This document shows, in pieces, positions 30,496-40,995 of a stretch of 64,000 nucleotides of DNA; within the stretch, counting starts at the first letter, position 1; the number at the start of each line of letters is the position of its first letter. The stretch lies in NCBI GenBank assembly GCA_902526825.1, contig CABZMN010000001.1, positions 139,042 to 203,041 of the forward strand. Reading direction: 5' to 3'. The stretch comes from an uncultured Candidatus Actinomarina sp. (GTDB lineage Bacteria > Actinomycetota > Acidimicrobiia > Actinomarinales > Actinomarinaceae). The notes beneath the pieces are model-generated. The model had not been told where the DNA came from and ran no database searches. It worked only from the letters and a program-made list of their open reading frames with translations. Both the position numbers and the translations under genes were made by a program.

Positions 30496-31758
30496 ATGAA
30501 TTCTTCAATTGAAAACATCGTTCAAAGTAATATTGACGCATCTGAAAATCTTGTTATCGCTTTAAGTGGCGGTGTCGATAGTTCAGTCTTAGCTCATATT
30601 CTTTGTAAAATATCAAAAAATATAAGGCTTGTGTTTGTTCAGCACAACCAAGTACACTCTAAAGATTTAGAAGCCTCAGCAAAAAAAGTAGCAAAATCAT
30701 TAAATTTAGATTTGGAAGTAATTCAGACTTCTTTAAAATCTAATTCATCTGAAACTGAAATGAGAGATGAAAGATATATGCATCTTTTATCAAACTTAAA
30801 AAAAGATGAAATCTTGCTCACAGGCCATAATTTATCAGACAAGGCAGAGACATTATTAATAAATTTATTTAGAGGTACAAGGCTTGAAGGACTTAAATCA
30901 ATCAATTCAGAAAATTCTTTATCAAGTAAGCCAATGATTAATATTTCAAAAAAAGAAATTTATGAATACGCTAAGAAAAATGACATACCTTATTCCGAAG
31001 ACCCAACAAATAAAGATAACAATATTGTTAGAAATTGGATTAGAAATTTTTTAATTCCTGAGATAAATAATAAATTTCCAGGTTCATTTGAATCAAAAGC
31101 AGATCAATTATCAAATGAGGTGGCATTTAGATCAAATTATGACAACGATAATTTGAAGTACATAAAAAAATCTGAGGGATATGTTGAGATACCAGCTTTA
31201 TTTATAGACAATATGAGTTTAGAGAAACAATATTATTTAAATCGGGTTGGTAGATATATCGGAATGAATACCTTAGAAAAAAAAGATATTGAAAAAGTAG
31301 AAAAAGTTATAAATGAAAATATAAAAATAGACTTTTTTAAGGATTGGATATGTTTTAAATCTGGAGGGTCAGTTTTATTTATAGATAAAAATAAATGGAT
31401 AATAAATGATAAATCTAATTTTGAAAATTATGGATTTTTTAATTTTAAAAAAATTTCATCGATTGACATTTTTAATAAATGGAGCATTTCTATACCCGAG
31501 GGATCTAATGTTTCAATTCAAACTTTACAAGATGGGGAAAAAATCATATCCGGCAATAATTCGCTTAAAGTAACAGAAATATTTAGAAATTATGGAGTAA
31601 ATAGCGAATTGAGAAATTTTTGGCCACTTATATATGTAAATGACACTTTGTATTGGATCGTAGGATTAAGGAAATCAGATGAAGCAATTAAAAATGAAAA
31701 AAAATATAAATCAAATATACTTGTTGCTTCTGTAGAAAAGGGTTCATTTGAAGATTAG
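30496..31758 (+). CDS. tilS: tRNA(Ile)-lysidine synthetase
   Basis: 420 aa. PP-loop 'IALSGGVDSSVLAHIL'. Sits directly upstream of hpt and ftsH, as in other Actinobacteria. Confidence 0.8.
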   Translation: MNSSIENIVQSNIDASENLVIALSGGVDSSVLAHILCKISKNIRLVFVQHNQVHSKDLEASAKKVAKSLNLDLEVIQTSLKSNSSETEMRDERYMHLLSNLKKDEILLTGHNLSDKAETLLINLFRGTRLEGLKSINSENSLSSKPMINISKKEIYEYAKKNDIPYSEDPTNKDNNIVRNWIRNFLIPEINNKFPGSFESKADQLSNEVAFRSNYDNDNLKYIKKSEGYVEIPALFIDNMSLEKQYYLNRVGRYIGMNTLEKKDIEKVEKVINENIKIDFFKDWICFKSGGSVLFIDKNKWIINDKSNFENYGFFNFKKISSIDIFNKWSISIPEGSNVSIQTLQDGEKIISGNNSLKVTEIFRNYGVNSELRNFWPLIYVNDTLYWIVGLRKSDEAIKNEKKYKSNILVASVEKGSFED

Positions 31759-32260
31759 TAAAGAATTAATATCTGAGTCAGAAATACAAAGCAAAATCAA
31801 TGAGATTGGTGATCAGATTAATGAGGATTATGAAGGCCAAGATTTACTAATTATTGGTATTTTAAAAGGAGCATTTATCACAATAAGTGATTTAGCAAAA
31901 AGGCTCAAAGTAGATGTATCATTTGATTTTATGAGTGTGTCTTCGTACGAAGGCACAGAAACATCTGGTCAGGTTAAGATCGAAAAAGATTTAGATATAG
32001 ATATAAGTGGAAAGAACATTTTAATTGTTGAGGATATTTTTGATACAGGCCTTACCCTTTCATATTTAAAAAAAATATTAGATTCAAGAAATCCAAAAAG
32101 TTTAGAATTTATGTGTATGTTTATTAAAGATACTGACAAAACAACTTCACTAGATATTAAATATCATGGGTTTAAGATAGGACCAGAATTTGTAGTTGGT
32201 TACGGTTTAGATTTTGAAGGAAAATATAGAGAACTTCCTTATCTTGCCGTTTTATCCTAA
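31748..32260 (+). CDS. hpt: Hypoxanthine phosphoribosyltransferase
   Basis: 170 aa. PRPP-binding 'ILIVEDIFDTGLTLSYL'. TTG start overlapping tilS. Confidence 0.85.
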   Translation: MKISKELISESEIQSKINEIGDQINEDYEGQDLLIIGILKGAFITISDLAKRLKVDVSFDFMSVSSYEGTETSGQVKIEKDLDIDISGKNILIVEDIFDTGLTLSYLKKILDSRNPKSLEFMCMFIKDTDKTTSLDIKYHGFKIGPEFVVGYGLDFEGKYRELPYLAVLS

Positions 32261-32302
32261 CTTTGACTATTTATTTAACCTCACTTCTATTAAATTTAAA
32301 AT

Positions 32303-34168
32303 GTGGAAGAAAGTAAACAAGAACAAAATAAAAAAAGAAACAGATCTTTATTTATATATGTTTCATTAGGATTATTGATATTCTTTGGCGTTCAAAGATA
32401 CAATCAAACAATAAATGCTCCTGAAAATTCAACTTTTTCAGAGTTTCAAACTCAAATAAATCAAGGATTAGTCACAGAAGCAACTATAAAAGAACAATCA
32501 AACACAGTTGAATACAAACTGGCTAATAATGATTCACTTTTTCAAACAGACTACCCAGAAGGTTTTGAAGGAGAAATATTCAAATTATTAATTGATCAAA
32601 ATATTGTTTTAAACACTGACACTGAACCTGCAGGTATGCAGGACTATTTCATAGCATTTCTTCCTTGGATATTTTTAGCTGGATTTATGTTTTTTATGTT
32701 TTCCCAGGTTCGCTCAAATGGAAATCAAATAATGCAATTTGGCAAGTCAAAAGCAAAAGAATTAGATGAAGAGTCTCCAAAAGTAACATTTAAAGATGTT
32801 GCAGGAGCGGAGGAAGCAAAAGAAGAGCTTGAGGAAATAAAAGAATTTTTAAAATCTCCGGAAAAATTCAATAAGCTTGGAGCAAAAATTCCAAAAGGCG
32901 TTCTGCTTGTTGGGCCACCTGGAACCGGAAAAACTTTATTGGCAAAAGCAGTAGCAGGAGAATCTAATGTACCTTTTTTCAGTATTTCAGGATCTGATTT
33001 TGTAGAAATGTTTGTTGGTGTTGGAGCAAGCAGAGTAAGAGATCTATTCAAAAAAGCCAAAGAGTCTTCTCCAGCAATAATTTTTATAGATGAGATAGAT
33101 GCAGTAGGTAGAATGAGAGGCGCTGGTTTGGGTGGTGGTCATGATGAAAGAGAACAAACATTAAATCAACTTCTTGTAGAAATGGATGGTTTTGAAGCAA
33201 ACCAGGGTGTAATTTTGATGGCTGCAACAAATAGACCAGATGTATTGGACCCCGCATTGCTTAGACCTGGTAGATTTGATCGACAAGTAATTGTAGATAG
33301 GCCCGATCTAAAAGGAAGAACACAGATTCTCAAAGTTCATGCGGCTGATAAACCTATTGTCAAAAATGTAAGTTTAGAGACCATTGCTAAGCAAACCCCT
33401 GGATTTACAGGAGCAGATTTAGCAAACTTATTAAATGAAGCTGCTTTACTTGCAGCTCGAAAAAGCAAAAAAACAATTTCTAATTCAGACATAGAAAACT
33501 CAATCGATAGAGTCTTAGCTGGACCAGAAAAGAAAAGTCAGATTTTGACTGAAGATGAAAAATTAATCATTGCTTATCATGAAACGGGACATGCTCTTGT
33601 AGGATGGGCTCTACCAAATGCTGATCCGATCCATAAGGTTACAATTATTCCAAGAGGACGTGCTCTCGGATACACCCAAGCCCTCCCTGACAGTGAAAAG
33701 TATTTAACTTCAAAAGCAGAACTTAAAGACAGATTGGCAATGTTGATGGGTGGAAGAGTTGCTGAAGAGCTAATTTTTGCTGACCCAACTACCGGAGCTT
33801 CAAATGATATTGAGAAAGCAACAGAGATTGCAAGAAGAATGGTTATGGAATTTGGAATGAGTGAAAAGCTTGGACCTATGCTTTATGGAAAAGGAACAAA
33901 TGAAGTATTTCTTGGTCGCGACTATGGAAGGCAGCAGGATTATTCTGACGAAGTTGCCTCATCAATTGATGAAGAGGTTAAGAGCCTTTTGAGTGATGCA
34001 CACATAATCGCAGGAAAGATACTTGCAAAGTTTAAAAAGCAAATGGAAGACATGGTAAAAGTTTTGATGGAAAAAGAAACAATCGATAGAGAAGAAGTTG
34101 CAAGAATATTTAATAAAATAAAAAAAGTAAACATCACAGGTTCTGGCAAAAATTTAAAATTAGCATGA
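32303..34168 (+). CDS. ftsH: ATP-dependent zinc metalloprotease FtsH
   Basis: 621 aa. N-terminal TM, Walker A '[17 protein letters not shown]', SRH '[19 protein letters not shown]', and 'HETGHALVG' (HExxH). Confidence 0.95.
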   Translation: MEESKQEQNKKRNRSLFIYVSLGLLIFFGVQRYNQTINAPENSTFSEFQTQINQGLVTEATIKEQSNTVEYKLANNDSLFQTDYPEGFEGEIFKLLIDQNIVLNTDTEPAGMQDYFIAFLPWIFLAGFMFFMFSQVRSNGNQIMQFGKSKAKELDEESPKVTFKDVAGAEEAKEELEEIKEFLKSPEKFNKLGAKIPKGVLLVGPPGTGKTLLAKAVAGESNVPFFSISGSDFVEMFVGVGASRVRDLFKKAKESSPAIIFIDEIDAVGRMRGAGLGGGHDEREQTLNQLLVEMDGFEANQGVILMAATNRPDVLDPALLRPGRFDRQVIVDRPDLKGRTQILKVHAADKPIVKNVSLETIAKQTPGFTGADLANLLNEAALLAARKSKKTISNSDIENSIDRVLAGPEKKSQILTEDEKLIIAYHETGHALVGWALPNADPIHKVTIIPRGRALGYTQALPDSEKYLTSKAELKDRLAMLMGGRVAEELIFADPTTGASNDIEKATEIARRMVMEFGMSEKLGPMLYGKGTNEVFLGRDYGRQQDYSDEVASSIDEEVKSLLSDAHIIAGKILAKFKKQMEDMVKVLMEKETIDREEVARIFNKIKKVNITGSGKNLKLA

Positions 34169-34731
34169 GCAAGAAGGTTGATAAATTAAATACTCAGCTT
34201 GAAAGTGCTCTTGCAGAATTTATTTCTCAGATTTCAGGAAAAACTGAGGATTCAGCTAAAACAATTGCTACAAAATTTTTAAATCAGATTGAAAATAAAC
34301 TAAATTTTGAAAAGAAGACTATAGAGTTAATTTTTTCTGAACTTAACGATGTCGAACATAACCAACCAATTTATGTAAACGAGATACCGTTTATTTCATT
34401 TTGTGAACATCACATGTTTCCTTTTTTTGGACATGTAAGTATTGCTGTTTTGCCAAAGAAAGACATAATAGGATTCTCTAAATTCAGTGATTTAGTAAAT
34501 AATTTATCAAGTAATTTAACGCTTCAGGAAAAATTTACTGAGGAAATATCCCAATTGATTTACTCCAATTTAGATTGTGATGGAGTGCATGTAAAAGTTA
34601 AAGCTAAGCACTTATGTTCAGATCTATTAAGTCCTGAAAATGCAATAGGGGATATTACAACAACCTTCTCAACAGGCATTTATGAGTTAGATTCTTCTTT
34701 GAGAGCTGAAGCTTCATTAAATATGAGTTAA
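34165..34731 (+). CDS. folE: GTP cyclohydrolase I
   Basis: 188 aa. '[20 protein letters not shown]' is the FolE zinc-site motif. 4-bp overlap with ftsH. Confidence 0.85.
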   Translation: MSKKVDKLNTQLESALAEFISQISGKTEDSAKTIATKFLNQIENKLNFEKKTIELIFSELNDVEHNQPIYVNEIPFISFCEHHMFPFFGHVSIAVLPKKDIIGFSKFSDLVNNLSSNLTLQEKFTEEISQLIYSNLDCDGVHVKVKAKHLCSDLLSPENAIGDITTTFSTGIYELDSSLRAEASLNMS

Positions 34732-34732
34732 A

Positions 34733-35476
34733 TTGTTCGATTGGAAAAACTTTCTAAAACTACTCGAAAAAAAAACATTTGGAATAATTAATGTTACCGA
34801 TGATTCTTTTAGTGGAGATGGAATACTTGGTTCTAAAAAGCATCTTAAAGAAAGGTTTAACTTTGCTTTAGAAAATAATATTAACTTTTTAGATGTTGGG
34901 TGTATGTCTACAAAGCCAGATTTTAAAATGTTAAATACTAATGAAGAGCTGGATAGACTCAATTTTTTTCTAGATAATATGTCAGATAAATTTTATTATT
35001 CGATAGACACATTAAATTCATTAGTTGCCGAAAGAGCATTGGAGTCAGGATTTTTAATTATTAATGATGTCTCAGGTTTTTCAGAAAGTAAAATGATTGA
35101 GCTTGCAATCCAAAGAGAATGTGGAATTATTGTCATGCATAGAAACCCTGCCTCAATGAATATTCAGGAAAAAATGGATTATGTCGATGTTGTCGATGAA
35201 GTTAACACTCACCTGATTAATCAAACTGAGAACTTGATAAAGAAAGGTATTCATAAATCTCAAATAGCTGTTGATCCAGGATTAGGATTTGGAAAAAAAA
35301 TGGACGATTCTAAAGAATTATTTTTGAATCTAAATAGTTTAATAAAAACCTATCCAGTGGTTGTTGGTTATTCAAGAAAAAAATTTACTGATCAAATAAA
35401 AATGACAAGCAGTGAAATGAAAGATCATTGTTTGCATTCAGGAGTTGATTTAGTGCGATTGCACCTAGATAATTAG
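34733..35476 (+). CDS. folP: Dihydropteroate synthase
   Basis: 247 aa pterin-binding TIM barrel. 'GIINVTDDSFSGDG', 'DVGCMSTKP', and 'GLGFGKK'. Confidence 0.8.
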   Translation: MFDWKNFLKLLEKKTFGIINVTDDSFSGDGILGSKKHLKERFNFALENNINFLDVGCMSTKPDFKMLNTNEELDRLNFFLDNMSDKFYYSIDTLNSLVAERALESGFLIINDVSGFSESKMIELAIQRECGIIVMHRNPASMNIQEKMDYVDVVDEVNTHLINQTENLIKKGIHKSQIAVDPGLGFGKKMDDSKELFLNLNSLIKTYPVVVGYSRKKFTDQIKMTSSEMKDHCLHSGVDLVRLHLDN

Positions 35477-35521
35477 ATAATTTGTTTACTGTATTATGTT
35501 AGGCTACTTTAAGAGGAGTTT

Positions 35522-35992
35522 ATGGCTGGACTTAAACCAAACGATTTTTTTTGGATAATTGAAGGAAAACTTGCAGTCTCCGAATGTATTGGTGGCGGTG
35601 GACTAACTGCTAGAAAAATTAGAAGAGAAGAAGAGATTCAGTGGCTAAAAAGCCAAGGCATTAATTCTATTTTTTCACTACTTGATTCAGACTTCAATTT
35701 AAAAAACTATCAAGAAGTTGGTTTTAGAACATATCACTTTCCTCTTGGAGAAAATGTGTCTGTTGAGTCAGTTGATGTTATTTTTGAAGCAATTAAAGAA
35801 GCATTGTCAGACAAAGAAAGAAAACTCTTAATTCACAGAGAATATTTGGATGAAGAAGTTCCAGGAATCCTTGCAGGGTATCTGATTTATTCAAAACTTT
35901 TAGATGATCCTATTTTTGCAAGAACAATTCTTGAAAGAATACTTGGAAAACCACTTTCACCAAAGGCTATAGCCCTAATTCCAGCTTTATAA
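35522..35992 (+). CDS. Hypothetical protein embedded in the folate operon; dual-specificity-phosphatase-like fold lacking the catalytic Cys
   Basis: 156 aa soluble protein. 'YHFPLGENVSVESVDVIFEAIKEALSDKERKLLIHREYLDEEVPGILAGYLIY' aligns with the DSP signature '...VLVHCxAGxSRSGtvvaAYLM', but Cys is replaced by Arg. The fold assignment is inference only. Confidence 0.4.
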   Translation: MAGLKPNDFFWIIEGKLAVSECIGGGGLTARKIRREEEIQWLKSQGINSIFSLLDSDFNLKNYQEVGFRTYHFPLGENVSVESVDVIFEAIKEALSDKERKLLIHREYLDEEVPGILAGYLIYSKLLDDPIFARTILERILGKPLSPKAIALIPAL

Positions 35993-35993
35993 T

Positions 35994-36365
35994 ATGCCCC
36001 TTACAATTCAAGTAGAGGGTATAAATGTCTATGGAACCCATGGTGTTTATGACCAAGAGAAAAAGAATGGTCAAAACTTTAGGATTGACTTACTAATAGA
36101 GCTAAAAGAAAATATTTTGAATTTTGAAAACTATAAATCTGAAAGCTTTGAAAATACGATTAATTATGAAAATTTAGTCAATGAGGTTATAAATGTATCA
36201 GATAATAATTCTTTTGATCTTATTGAGACATTTGCGTATGAGATTTTGAATACTTTAAGAAAATATAAAAATATTTCAAAAGCAACGGTTACTATTCATA
36301 AGCCAAACTCACCATTGAAAGAACTTGTTGAAGATATAAGCGTTACTGCAAGTGAAGAATTTTAA
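35994..36365 (+). CDS. folB: Dihydroneopterin aldolase
   Basis: 123 aa. 'IQVEGINVYGTHGVYDQEKKNGQNFRIDL' is typical of FolB. Confidence 0.8.
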   Translation: MPLTIQVEGINVYGTHGVYDQEKKNGQNFRIDLLIELKENILNFENYKSESFENTINYENLVNEVINVSDNNSFDLIETFAYEILNTLRKYKNISKATVTIHKPNSPLKELVEDISVTASEEF

Positions 36366-36825
36366 TAAAATAATATTATCTTTAGGCTCAAATATTGGAG
36401 ATAAAAAATCAAATTTGGAAACTGCAATTAATCAAATAAATAAATTTTCAAAAATTAAAAAGATTTCATCAATTTATGAATCTGATCCAATATTATTTGA
36501 AGATCAAGATAATTTTTTTAATCTCGTTTTAGAAATAGACTATAAAAAATCAGTAATTCAATTATTAGAAACTACTAAAGATGTAGAAAGAAGGATGGGC
36601 AGAAAAAAAACAGTAAAATATGGTCCAAGAATTATTGATATCGATATTGTTTTTTTTAATAATCAGATAGTAAATTCAAAAGATTTAGTTATCCCCCATT
36701 ACGATTGGTCAAATAGAGTTTTTGTAGTAAAACCTCTTTGTGAGTTGTTCAAAGAATTTAACATGCAAGATTATAAATTAGATTTTCAAAAAATTAATAA
36801 AGTTGGTAGGGTAAATACTAATTAG
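36352..36825 (+). CDS. folK: 2-amino-4-hydroxy-6-hydroxymethyldihydropteridine pyrophosphokinase (HPPK)
   Basis: 157 aa. 'ILSLGSNIGDKKSNLETAINQI' and 'RWGPRIIDIDIV'-like 'GPRIIDIDIVFF'. Confidence 0.8.
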   Translation: MKNFNKIILSLGSNIGDKKSNLETAINQINKFSKIKKISSIYESDPILFEDQDNFFNLVLEIDYKKSVIQLLETTKDVERRMGRKKTVKYGPRIIDIDIVFFNNQIVNSKDLVIPHYDWSNRVFVVKPLCELFKEFNMQDYKLDFQKINKVGRVNTN

Positions 36826-36854
36826 TTACGGGCACCTATAAGGGCACGATAAAT

Positions 36855-37682
36855 ATGATAATTTTAAAAGATAATGAAAATATATTTGATAATAAAAACC
36901 TTTGTCTCGTTCCAACGATGGGAGCTCTCCATGAAGGCCACATTGCATTAATAAATGCTGCAAAAAAAACAGAACAAGAAGTAATAGTGTCTATATTTGT
37001 AAACAGACTTCAGTTCAATGATGATTTAGATTTTAAAAATTATCCAAGAGATATTGAAAAAGATATTTCAATACTTAATCGATTAAATATAGAGTATGCT
37101 TTTTTTCCTGACGAGGAGTATATGTTTCCCGAATCAGGTTTTGATAAACTTGATGCAGGTAATTTAGGAAAAAAATATGAAGGAAATTCGAGACCTGGTC
37201 ATTTTGACGGAGTAATAACAGTCGTAAATAGATTATTTGAATTGATTGCTCCAAAAACTGCAGTGTTTGGAGCAAAAGATTTTCAACAATTGTTTTTAAT
37301 TAACAAAATGATTTTAGAAAAGAAATACAATATAAAACTTATTGAAAATAAGACAGTAAGAAATAATTCAGGTCTTGCGTTAAGCAGCCGTAATCACCAC
37401 TTGTCAAAAAAGGGTATTCATCAGGCAAGTTTTATCTTCAAATCATTGAATGCTGCAAAAGATGAATTTATAAAAACTTACAACACAATAGATGCAGTCA
37501 AAGTTGGGACAGATATATTAATTGAGAACAATATTGATTTAGATTATTTTGAAATTCTTGATCATAAAACATTTTCACCTCCAAAAAGTACTACAAAAAA
37601 TTTTATAATCATTGTTGCTGCTTATGTCGAGGGTATAAGATTAATTGATAATATTCAGTTTAAAGTTAGAGCTACAAAATGA
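36855..37682 (+). CDS. panC: Pantoate--beta-alanine ligase
   Basis: 275 aa. 'LVPTMGALHEGHIALI' (HIGH-like), 'RPGHFDGVITVV', and 'FGAKDFQQL'. Confidence 0.85.
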   Translation: MIILKDNENIFDNKNLCLVPTMGALHEGHIALINAAKKTEQEVIVSIFVNRLQFNDDLDFKNYPRDIEKDISILNRLNIEYAFFPDEEYMFPESGFDKLDAGNLGKKYEGNSRPGHFDGVITVVNRLFELIAPKTAVFGAKDFQQLFLINKMILEKKYNIKLIENKTVRNNSGLALSSRNHHLSKKGIHQASFIFKSLNAAKDEFIKTYNTIDAVKVGTDILIENNIDLDYFEILDHKTFSPPKSTTKNFIIIVAAYVEGIRLIDNIQFKVRATK

Positions 37683-38446
37683 AAAATATAGTCGCAATTG
37701 ACGTTGGAAACAGTGAAACAACTGTTGGTGTTGGGAATAATTTATCCTGGAGAAGCTATAGATATACAACTAGAAAAACAATTACTTCTGATGAATTATT
37801 TATGATGTTTAAAACAACAATTGACCCTGAAAGCATCAATGATGAAAATCTTGATGGCTCAATCATATGTTCAGTAGTTCCTCAAATAACTGAAAGCGTT
37901 GTAGAAGCTACTGAGAGATTTACTTCTAAAAAAGTTTATACAGTCGGCCCAGGAATAAAGACAGGTTTAAAAGTAAACATCGACAATCCAAAAGAATTAG
38001 GACCCGATAGGATTGCAAATTCTGTTGGTGGTTTCAAGATGGCTCAAAAATCTGTAATTATCGTTGATTTGGGTACTGCCACAACTTTTGATGTAGTAAA
38101 TGACAAAAAAGAATATTTAGGTGGATCAATCGCTCCAGGTATTAAAATATCGCTTGAGGCATTAACCACAAAAACATCATCATTAAAATCAGTAGAAATA
38201 TTAAGCCCCAAATCAGTAATTGGTAAAAACACTTATGAAGCTATACAAAGTGGTCTTATTTTAGGGCATGCTTCTATGATAGATTCTATGTTGGAAAAAA
38301 TAATTTTAGAGACAGGTACTAATTCAAAAATTGTCATTACTGGTGGCTTAGGTGAGGTAATTCAGCCACAATTAAATGTCGAAACACAGTACTCAAAAGA
38401 TCTAACATTAAATGGACTTGAAGAAATATATTTTTTGAATAATTAG
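37679..38446 (+). CDS. coaX: Type III pantothenate kinase
   Basis: 255 aa. 'IVAIDVGNSETTVGV', 'IIVDLGTATTFDVV', and 'VITGGLG'. 4-bp overlap with panC. Confidence 0.8.
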   Translation: MKNIVAIDVGNSETTVGVGNNLSWRSYRYTTRKTITSDELFMMFKTTIDPESINDENLDGSIICSVVPQITESVVEATERFTSKKVYTVGPGIKTGLKVNIDNPKELGPDRIANSVGGFKMAQKSVIIVDLGTATTFDVVNDKKEYLGGSIAPGIKISLEALTTKTSSLKSVEILSPKSVIGKNTYEAIQSGLILGHASMIDSMLEKIILETGTNSKIVITGGLGEVIQPQLNVETQYSKDLTLNGLEEIYFLNN

Positions 38447-38456
38447 GCTATGACTA

Positions 38457-39941
38457 GTGAGTAATTTTTCAAAATCAGAAAAAGAAATCTATGAACTTAG
38501 AAAGCAGAAAATTGCTTTTCTTAATGATATTAGTAATAATTCTTTTCCCACAAAATTTAATGAATCAACCAAGATTTCAAATATTATCAATGAACATAGA
38601 GATATTGAGGAAGGTTCTCATACCGGCATATCTGTAACTGTTAGAGGACGATTATTAAATGCAAGATCGTTTGGCAAATTACTATTCTATGACATATTAG
38701 ATCAATCTGGAAAAATTCAATTACTTGTAAATTCTGGTGAAATTGAGAATGTTTATCTAAGGCTTTTTGAAAATTTTGATATTGGCGACATAATTGCAGT
38801 AAATGGAGAGGTAATTAAAACTAAAAAAGGGGAGCTTTCAATTAAAGTGAACCAGTCAACAATACTATCTAAAAGTTTAAGATCATTTCCAGAAAAATGG
38901 CATGGATTAAAAGATAAAGAAACAAGATTTAGGCAAAGATATTTGGATTTAATAGTAAACCCCGAGTCAAAAAAAATTTTAGAAACTAGATCAATGGTTA
39001 TAAAACTTATCAGAGAATATTTACATGAAAATAGTTTTGTAGAGGTGGAAACTCCAATATTGCAAACTAAAGCTGGTGGTGCGATAGCTAAGCCGTTTAC
39101 AACTCACCATAATGCTTTAGGTTTAGACATGTATTTAAGGATTGCACCCGAACTTTATCTAAAAAGACTAATTATTGGTGGTTTTGAAAAAGTATTTGAG
39201 TTAGGAAAAATTTTCAGAAATGAAGGTATTGATCAAACACATTTACCAGAATTTACGATGTTAGAAAGCTATCAGGCATACGTTGATGCAGATTCTGTTA
39301 TGGACATGGTTGAGGATATGTGTACATATGTTTTTAAAAATTTAGAAACTGATACAAAGTTGAATTTTGGTGAAAATTCTGCAGATTTCTCAGGACCATG
39401 GAAAAGAGTAAGTATGTTTGATATGGTTTCTGAAAAATTAAATATAGACATAAAATTTAATTCAGATTTTAAAAAAATTAGTAAGGAATTAAAAAAGCAG
39501 GGAGTTGATTTTGAAGCCAAATCAATTGGATTGCTTGTTTACGAACTATTTGAAAATTTTGTAGAAAAAGAAATCATAGATCCAACATTTGTAATTGATT
39601 ATCCTGTTGAAGTCTCCCCTTTTGCAAGGGAAAAGAAAGATGAAAAAGGCATAACAGAGAGGTTCGAACTTTTTGCATTTGGTAGTGAATTAGCAAATGG
39701 TTTTTCAGAACTTATCGACTCAGAAGACCAGGCCAAAAGACTTAAAGAACAAGCGATTAAAAAGAATGATGGTGATGAAGAAGCCCATGTTGAAGATGAA
39801 GACTATGTTGAAGCTTTGCAGTATGGCTTACCTCCAACTGGTGGTTTAGGTTTTGGGGTTGACCGCTTTGTCATGATGCTTGTTGGAAAAACTTCAATAC
39901 GTGAAGTAATTTCATTTACACATTTAAAACCAGAAAATTAA
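38457..39941 (+). CDS. lysS: Lysyl-tRNA synthetase (class II)
   Basis: 494 aa. OB anticodon-binding domain plus class II motifs 'FRNEGIDQTHLPEFTMLE' and 'GLPPTGGLGFGVDRFVMML'. GTG start. Confidence 0.9.
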   Translation: MSNFSKSEKEIYELRKQKIAFLNDISNNSFPTKFNESTKISNIINEHRDIEEGSHTGISVTVRGRLLNARSFGKLLFYDILDQSGKIQLLVNSGEIENVYLRLFENFDIGDIIAVNGEVIKTKKGELSIKVNQSTILSKSLRSFPEKWHGLKDKETRFRQRYLDLIVNPESKKILETRSMVIKLIREYLHENSFVEVETPILQTKAGGAIAKPFTTHHNALGLDMYLRIAPELYLKRLIIGGFEKVFELGKIFRNEGIDQTHLPEFTMLESYQAYVDADSVMDMVEDMCTYVFKNLETDTKLNFGENSADFSGPWKRVSMFDMVSEKLNIDIKFNSDFKKISKELKKQGVDFEAKSIGLLVYELFENFVEKEIIDPTFVIDYPVEVSPFAREKKDEKGITERFELFAFGSELANGFSELIDSEDQAKRLKEQAIKKNDGDEEAHVEDEDYVEALQYGLPPTGGLGFGVDRFVMMLVGKTSIREVISFTHLKPEN

Positions 39942-40915
39942 TTACTTCTCTCTATAAGGTATCTGTTTAAATCTAAAAGTATATTTCGAATACCTTTGTC
40001 CTCAATTTTCATTGCAGCATTTTCACTTTTTTCAATATGTGTTTTGAGAAACAATTTTGATTCTGAGATAATTTCGTCATTATTGAATTCAGAAATTACT
40101 TCTTTTAAAATTATTTTTTCATCAGAGACATCTGATAATATTTTTTTAATTTTTTCTGGCTGTTTCTTTAAAGCAATTAAAACTGGCAATGTGTAAGTAC
40201 CCTCAAGAATGTCATTACCGGATGGCTTACCCAAAGTTTGTTGGTCAGAACTCAAATCTAATATATCATCTGTAATCTGAAAAATTATTCCATTATGCCA
40301 AGCCCATTCACTTATAAAATTTATAGACTCTTGATTACTATCTGAAGCCATTGCTCCTAACTTTGCACTTGTTTTTATTAAGCTTGCCGTTTTACCCTGA
40401 ATTATTTTCATGTAATCTTCAGTTCCATGATTTGTGTCATATGAAAATTGAACTTCTTTAGTTTGGCCTTCAACAAGCTGAGCATATGTGGAAGCTAATA
40501 GCTTTACAGATTCAAGTCCTAATGACTCAGCTGCCAACTCAGAGGACCTTGCAAGAAGGTAATCTCCTGCCAAAATTGCTAGAGTTGAGTTCCATTGTTT
40601 ATTTGTACTTACTACCCCTCTTCTCGTTGCTGCATCGTCAATAACATCATCGTGATACAAGCTTCCAAGGTGTATTAGCTCGACTGAAACACCAGCATCA
40701 ATTACTTTTTTATTATCTCCTTCACCTAATTTTCCTGCCAGGAGAGCAATCAAGGGTCTGAATCTTTTTCCACCAGCTGATATTAAGTATTGTGATATCT
40801 CTGTGAGATATGGATCAGAAGAACTACTAATTTCAATAAGTCTGTCCTCTAATAAATGAAGATCTTCCCAAATGCTTTGAATAGGAATTATGTTTTTTAG
40901 CTCTTTTGATTCCAT
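39938..40915 (-). CDS. Polyprenyl diphosphate synthase (trans-isoprenyl, GGPP/heptaprenyl type)
   Basis: 325 aa. First DDxxD 'LIHLGSLYHDDVIDDA' and second 'FQITDDILD'. Convergent with lysS, overlapping by 4 bp. Confidence 0.8.
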   Translation of the reverse strand: MESKELKNIIPIQSIWEDLHLLEDRLIEISSSSDPYLTEISQYLISAGGKRFRPLIALLAGKLGEGDNKKVIDAGVSVELIHLGSLYHDDVIDDAATRRGVVSTNKQWNSTLAILAGDYLLARSSELAAESLGLESVKLLASTYAQLVEGQTKEVQFSYDTNHGTEDYMKIIQGKTASLIKTSAKLGAMASDSNQESINFISEWAWHNGIIFQITDDILDLSSDQQTLGKPSGNDILEGTYTLPVLIALKKQPEKIKKILSDVSDEKIILKEVISEFNNDEIISESKLFLKTHIEKSENAAMKIEDKGIRNILLDLNRYLIERSN

Positions 40916-40995
40916 AGGTTAAAGAATAAGAGGATTTCACAAATAGTTGTAATTTTCGTTTAGAGGTATAAACAGAGCCTTATTAATATAAATGT

